Shown here: in pieces, positions 60,029-64,000 of the stretch
Numbering within the stretch: position 1 is the first letter of the stretch
Layout: every line of letters starts with the position of its first letter
Assembly (NCBI GenBank): GCA_964291215.2
Contig: OZ219791.1
Span: 2,944,001-3,008,000 of the forward strand
Source of the DNA: Alphaproteobacteria bacterium
GTDB taxonomy: Bacteria; Pseudomonadota; Alphaproteobacteria; MPNO01; UBA830
Direction: 5' to 3'
Length of the DNA: 64,000 bases
Notes under the pieces: model-generated
What the model saw: the letters and a program-made list of their open reading frames with translations, nothing else
Told to the model about the DNA's origin: nothing
The model's database searches: none
Program-made: the position numbers and the translations under genes

Positions 60029-61194
60029 TCATGCCGCATCCTCCAAGAGCCGAGACATGAGGGAGGCATTCAGCGTTGCAGCGATCCGGCCGGCAACTGC
60101 CATGCGCTCGATTGTGGCTTGCGTCGCCTCCGCTATATCTGCGAAGCGTCTTTGCATGTTAATCGGAGGAAGGGGAATCAAGGTACTTTCCATAAAAGAC
60201 TTGGGGACACGTTGCTGCCCTGCTTTCCCCGTAAAACTGCTTTTAGCTTCGTTTCGAAACTCAGCCCGGCGTACGAAATGATGGAGATACTCTCCCAAAA
60301 TGAGCTTCTCTAGCCGAAGAACATAGAATTCAGTTGACCCCCGGCCAATGCCGTTGGTCAAGTTTCGCGCCAATGCTGTCTTCCCGTTCTTCATGCAGGG
60401 GGTAACCTTTGCAAACAAGACGTCTCCCTCTTCAAACGATGTGTAGCCTTTGGAAACATCCACTGCTGGACGCTTCTCGGAATGGATGATTTCTCCTGAC
60501 CATTCGTCAACAACCGCCATCGGAACGAAACTCACAAGAATGTTATCGGAGCGATAGAGCTTTTTAGCACGAGGATTGACTGTACAGACATCGCTCAAAT
60601 GCGCAGTGTCCCACCCCATCGGGTTGGTGCGGGGTCACTGAACATGTTGACGAACAGCGCGGGCAGGAACTCCCGCAGCCTTTCCTGCGCCTGCGTTTGC
60701 AGCTGTTCGATCTTCGCCGCCCGGTTCAGGATGCCGGCGATCCGCCGCTGCTCGTCGAGCGGCGGGAGGGGAACCGGCAACGACATCAGCGCCTTCATGT
60801 CGGTCCGCGGCATTCGGGAACCAGTTATCGACGACATCGTGTGCTCGACGGTCTGTGCTCGCCGAAGCAGGTGTGCAACGAATTCGCGATCAACGCCTTC
60901 CCGGGGCAAGAGCGGAATCAGTTCGGTCGAGCACCTCCCGCAAAAATCAGGAGTTGCAACCTTGTTTAGATACGGCCGAAGTTTTGCGTACAGGATATGG
61001 CGTTCGTCGAACCGGAAAGTCGTGCTCCTTTGACTCCCGACGCGCGAGCCGTTGGCAAAATTAATAACACCGTTTTGGGACTCGATGTTCTCCACGCCCA
61101 CGAAACGAAGCTCCGTCGCGGTAGAGTCGTCCGGGTCAAGCCCTTGCCAATCCATTTCACAGAGATCACCCAGCTTTACGACCGGGAAGCTCAT
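60029..61194 (-). pseudogene. hsdS: Type I R-M specificity subunit split by a frameshift near 60623
   Basis: TRD1 has LYAKLRPYLNKV...PLPPLDEQRRIA. TRD2 has FAKVTPCMKNGK...GQQRVP..PLPPINMQRRFA. The junction DPAP(N)PMGW lacks one base. Confidence 0.9.
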
Positions 61195-61345
61195 TCCTCC
61201 ACGACTCCCCACGCCGCGTCGCCCAATTCGTCGATCTCTGCGAGGATTTGCGTCTCGATGCTGCGCAGTTCCTCCAGAATCTCCAACGGGTCGTGGTGCT
61301 CGACCTTGGCGCGGCTCGGTGGCCGGTGGCGGTTGGTCCTAGAAG
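61191..61345 (-). pseudogene. hsdM: Type I R-M methyltransferase C-terminal remnant
   Basis: NRHRPPSRAKVEHHDPLEILEELRSIETQILAEIDEL matches an HsdM C-terminal helix; ATGA overlap with hsdS. Confidence 0.7.
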
Positions 61346-61592
61346 AAAGCGGGAACCCCACGCTAATTACGTTGCCCCGCAACGTCTGGGCTAGAGTTTT
61401 CCAATTCAGCGATCCGGTCAAGAGCTTCGTCCAGATCTGCCGCAAAGGCTATCCATCCGGCTGGAGAATCGCCGGGAAATGTAAAATCCGACCAGTGCAA
61501 TAGCCACCGGAATGACAACGGCGACCAGCCCGATCAGCAGCGATAAGCCTTGCAGGTACAACGCAACAGGTACGCCCTCGCATGTCATTTGA

Positions 61593-61805
61593 TCACCGGC
61601 GCCGGGTAGGACGGCCTTTCGCAGCCTGTTCACGCTCCCATTCGAGGGCGGCATCTCTGGTCGTCGCGTGCCCGACCTTTTCGATATCGCCACTGCCGAA
61701 ATCGTTTCTATGCTCGGCTTCCCGACGCTCAAGATCGTTCGTGATGCCGGTGTGAACGATCCTGCGGCCCCGTTTGAAGTGATATTTGTAAGTGTCGCGC
61801 GCCAT
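61593..61805 (-). CDS. Minimal GIY-YIG-like protein (70 aa)
   Basis: TYKYHF...VHTGITNDLERREAEH...AALEWE. Confidence 0.65.
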   Translation of the reverse strand: MARDTYKYHFKRGRRIVHTGITNDLERREAEHRNDFGSGDIEKVGHATTRDAALEWEREQAAKGRPTRRR

Positions 61806-61913
61806 GATCAGTGCTTCCAATACCAGTATGATTCCGATAGTGACATGGAGTCAAAATGTCAAGCTCCCCGCACAGGGCCATTCTTTTGTCGGGCCTGTGG
61901 ATTGCTGATGTGA

Positions 61914-63573
61914 CAGGGACCTGGCATGGCACCTTGGGTTCACTGTGGGCCGGTTTCAGTGGCTGGTGCATCAGGCTGGGCACGCTTTTTCGAGTGTTCG
62001 AGCAGAGCTGTCCTGTTGCGTCGGCGCGTTCCCGGCTTGTGGCGCGGGGTCAGGAGCGAAGGTTTATCTGCGGGATGAGGATGGCGCGCGTCCCGGGCGG
62101 CGTAGTGCCGGTTGGCCTCGGGCATATGGTTGAAGTGTCCGCCGCAGCGCACGATGGCTGCGTTTGTCGAGAGGTTGCGCGGCGCACCCTGCAGCGGTCT
62201 TCGTCGCAGGTGAAATCGCGTACGTGGCGGAGTCGATTTTCCATGACCCGCGCGCCAGAAGCATCTCGGGGCGTTCGGGGCCGAGCGAGGTGAGGCACCA
62301 GGTGGTCTCGACGCTGCTCTCTTTGGTCTTGCAGATCTCGCGCTTGATGCGGATGGCGGCGACCGTGGAGAGCAGCGCAGCGGTTCCGCTCGGCGCCGGA
62401 GATGTCGACCACGGCGGCGGCGCTCGATGCGCCCTTGTCGAGGGTTTCGAACGAGCCCTCGAAGTCGATGGCCTTGAGGTCGTCGAGCATGGTCTCCTGG
62501 TTATTCTTGATCGCCGTGACGACATGCGGCGCTCGAGAAGCCGCCGCTCGTGCTGAGCGTGCATCGCGTCCATGGTGACGATGCGGCCCGTGACGTTGAT
62601 GCTGCTGGCGAGGGGGATCTCGTTGCTCTTCGCCTGGCCGAGAACCATCCGTGCTCGACCGCTGCGACCCGCCGGGCGTTCTCGGCTGGAGGCACCGCGG
62701 ATGTCCTTGCCGTCGTGTCTGCTGCCGGGCCGTCCACAGAGCGTTGTCCAGGGTCTCGGGTGACAGGTCAGCGAGGATGGTGTGGAAGGTTGTGGGTGCG
62801 GTGTAGCGCTTCGGGCTGAAGAACGAGTTCACCGCCGCAAGCTGTTCCTGGAGGGCGGCGAATGCGGTCACGCCGCAGTAGCTGGCGAGCCGCGAGAATG
62901 GTTCTCAGCGGATAGCGCTTGCGGCATACCTCGCCCAGGCACAGGCTGCGCAGCCGAGGCCCGGCACTGTCGTGCTGCGTTCCAGCTTTCCGGGATCGCG
63001 TCCCGGCTCAGCGCCTCGGCGGCCCCAGTTTGTACATGAAGATCTCCTGGCCGTGGTGACGGAAGCGCGCGGAGCCGCTCGCGACCGAGCGTCAAGCAAG
63101 CGCCAGTTCGCCGCGCGATAGCAGGTTCCGGCGAAGCGCTTGACGAACGTCTCCGCGAGGAACGCGCGGCCTCGATGTCCAGCCGTCGAAGGCTCAGGCC
63201 GAGCATGCGGGACGCCAGGTTCGGCATCCCCCCAACGAACCGGAAATTGTTCGCGATCAGATGCAGGCACTGCTGCTCCGCAGCGGTCGCGTGCAGCAAG
63301 CTTGAACGCGCCGCCAGCCGACCACCCAGGTCTCGCCGTGCAGGGCGACATGGCGCAGACCCTTGATGCCGTGAAACCGCAGCTAGTGATGCTCCTTCAC
63401 CAGATGGTCCCGGAGCCGGTGCTCACGTGCGCCACGGGCGCACCGTCACCTCGCGAAGGAGGGAATCCGCGGTCGCAAGGGTCGCCATGCCGGCACACTG
63501 CCACGGCGAAAACGGAATGCCCGGACCAAAATCAGCATGCGCCGATCGCTGGGACGACAACAGAATAGCCCTG
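61914..63573 (-). mobile_element. ISAs1-family transposase pseudogene with N-terminal DUF4338 region (boundaries approximate)
   Basis: KSNEIP, IVTMDAMHAQ, AIKNNQ and ENRLRHVRDFTCDEDRCRVR (ISAs1). Upstream HLIANNFRF...NLASRML...AETFV..FAGTCYRAANW (DUF4338). Confidence 0.78.
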
Positions 63574-63589
63574 TTTGCCGGTCGAGGTC

Positions 63590-63960
63590 TGCGTGTTCAC
63601 CTGGCGCGGGCGGTCGATTGGCGCTGCGGGCTGGCAGACGGTCGTCCTCAGCTGCGCACCCGTTGGATTGGCTGGCGCCGCGAGGAACAGTTCAGGCGGT
63701 TGCCGGGAACAACACGAGGTTTGTTGTTCCTGGTGGTCGTTTCCGGGCCTCGTTTGCGTTGTCGCGGATGGTGCGGCGGCGACCGGGAGGCTGCCGTTGC
63801 TTGTTGCGGAGTCGTTTGTCTCGCCGACGAAGTTCAGCGGCACCATGTACAAGGCGGCGAACCGGGAGTGCGTTGGCAGGGGCCATGCGCGCGCCAGCGG
63901 GCGCCGACCGGGGAGGCGAAGGATCCTTACGTGTTTCCGCTGCGTCGTGACGCGGGATCG
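63590..63960 (+). pseudogene. DUF4338 fragment
   Basis: RWIGWRREEQFRRL, NNTRFVV and VAESFVSPTKFSGTMYKAAN. Confidence 0.65.
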
Positions 63961-64000
63961 TTCGCCGCTTCCTGCGGCGTGGGAGTTGCGGGCGCCGCTG

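Noticed and set aside
1-64000. CRISPR array, rRNA or tRNA genes
   Set aside because: No regularly spaced repeats or recognisable structural RNA genes were seen by eye; a tRNAscan/Infernal run would be needed to exclude them.

Overview
High-GC bacterial DNA; an alphaproteobacterial host-associated genome is plausible but is only an inference. There are three layers. (1) An intact catabolic/transport block at about 5.0-19.7 kb: cupin dioxygenase, alpha-hydroxy-acid oxidase, luciferase-like monooxygenase, aryl-CoA ligase, a three-subunit molybdenum hydroxylase with an atypical active-site loop, PuuE-like deacetylase, MetE-core protein, class III CoA transferase and MFS. A VOC protein and a TRAP transporter follow at 53.6-57.7 kb. 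(2) A large anti-phage defence island at about 20.3-61.9 kb. It holds an RHH + PHP-ATPase (Ppl-like) + Schlafen/AlbA_2 operon, two AbiE-type toxin-antitoxin pairs, a class I DISARM operon (drmD-drmMI-drmA-drmB-drmC), an ATPase-TOPRIM gene and a decayed type I R-M locus with a split hsdS. The DISARM operon is headed by a translationally coupled DUF6088/AbiEii pair, carries a membrane protein + ThsB-like TIR pair between drmMI and drmA, and ends in a truncated OLD-type ATPase. (3) Dense nests of decayed insertion sequences (IS66, IS256, IS630, IS30, IS1634, IS110, ISAs1 and DUF4338-bearing elements) eroded by short microhomology-flanked deletions. The best candidate for an undescribed system is the TIR/membrane-effector module inside the AbiE-led DISARM operon. 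All family calls come from motif recognition by eye; no searches were run.
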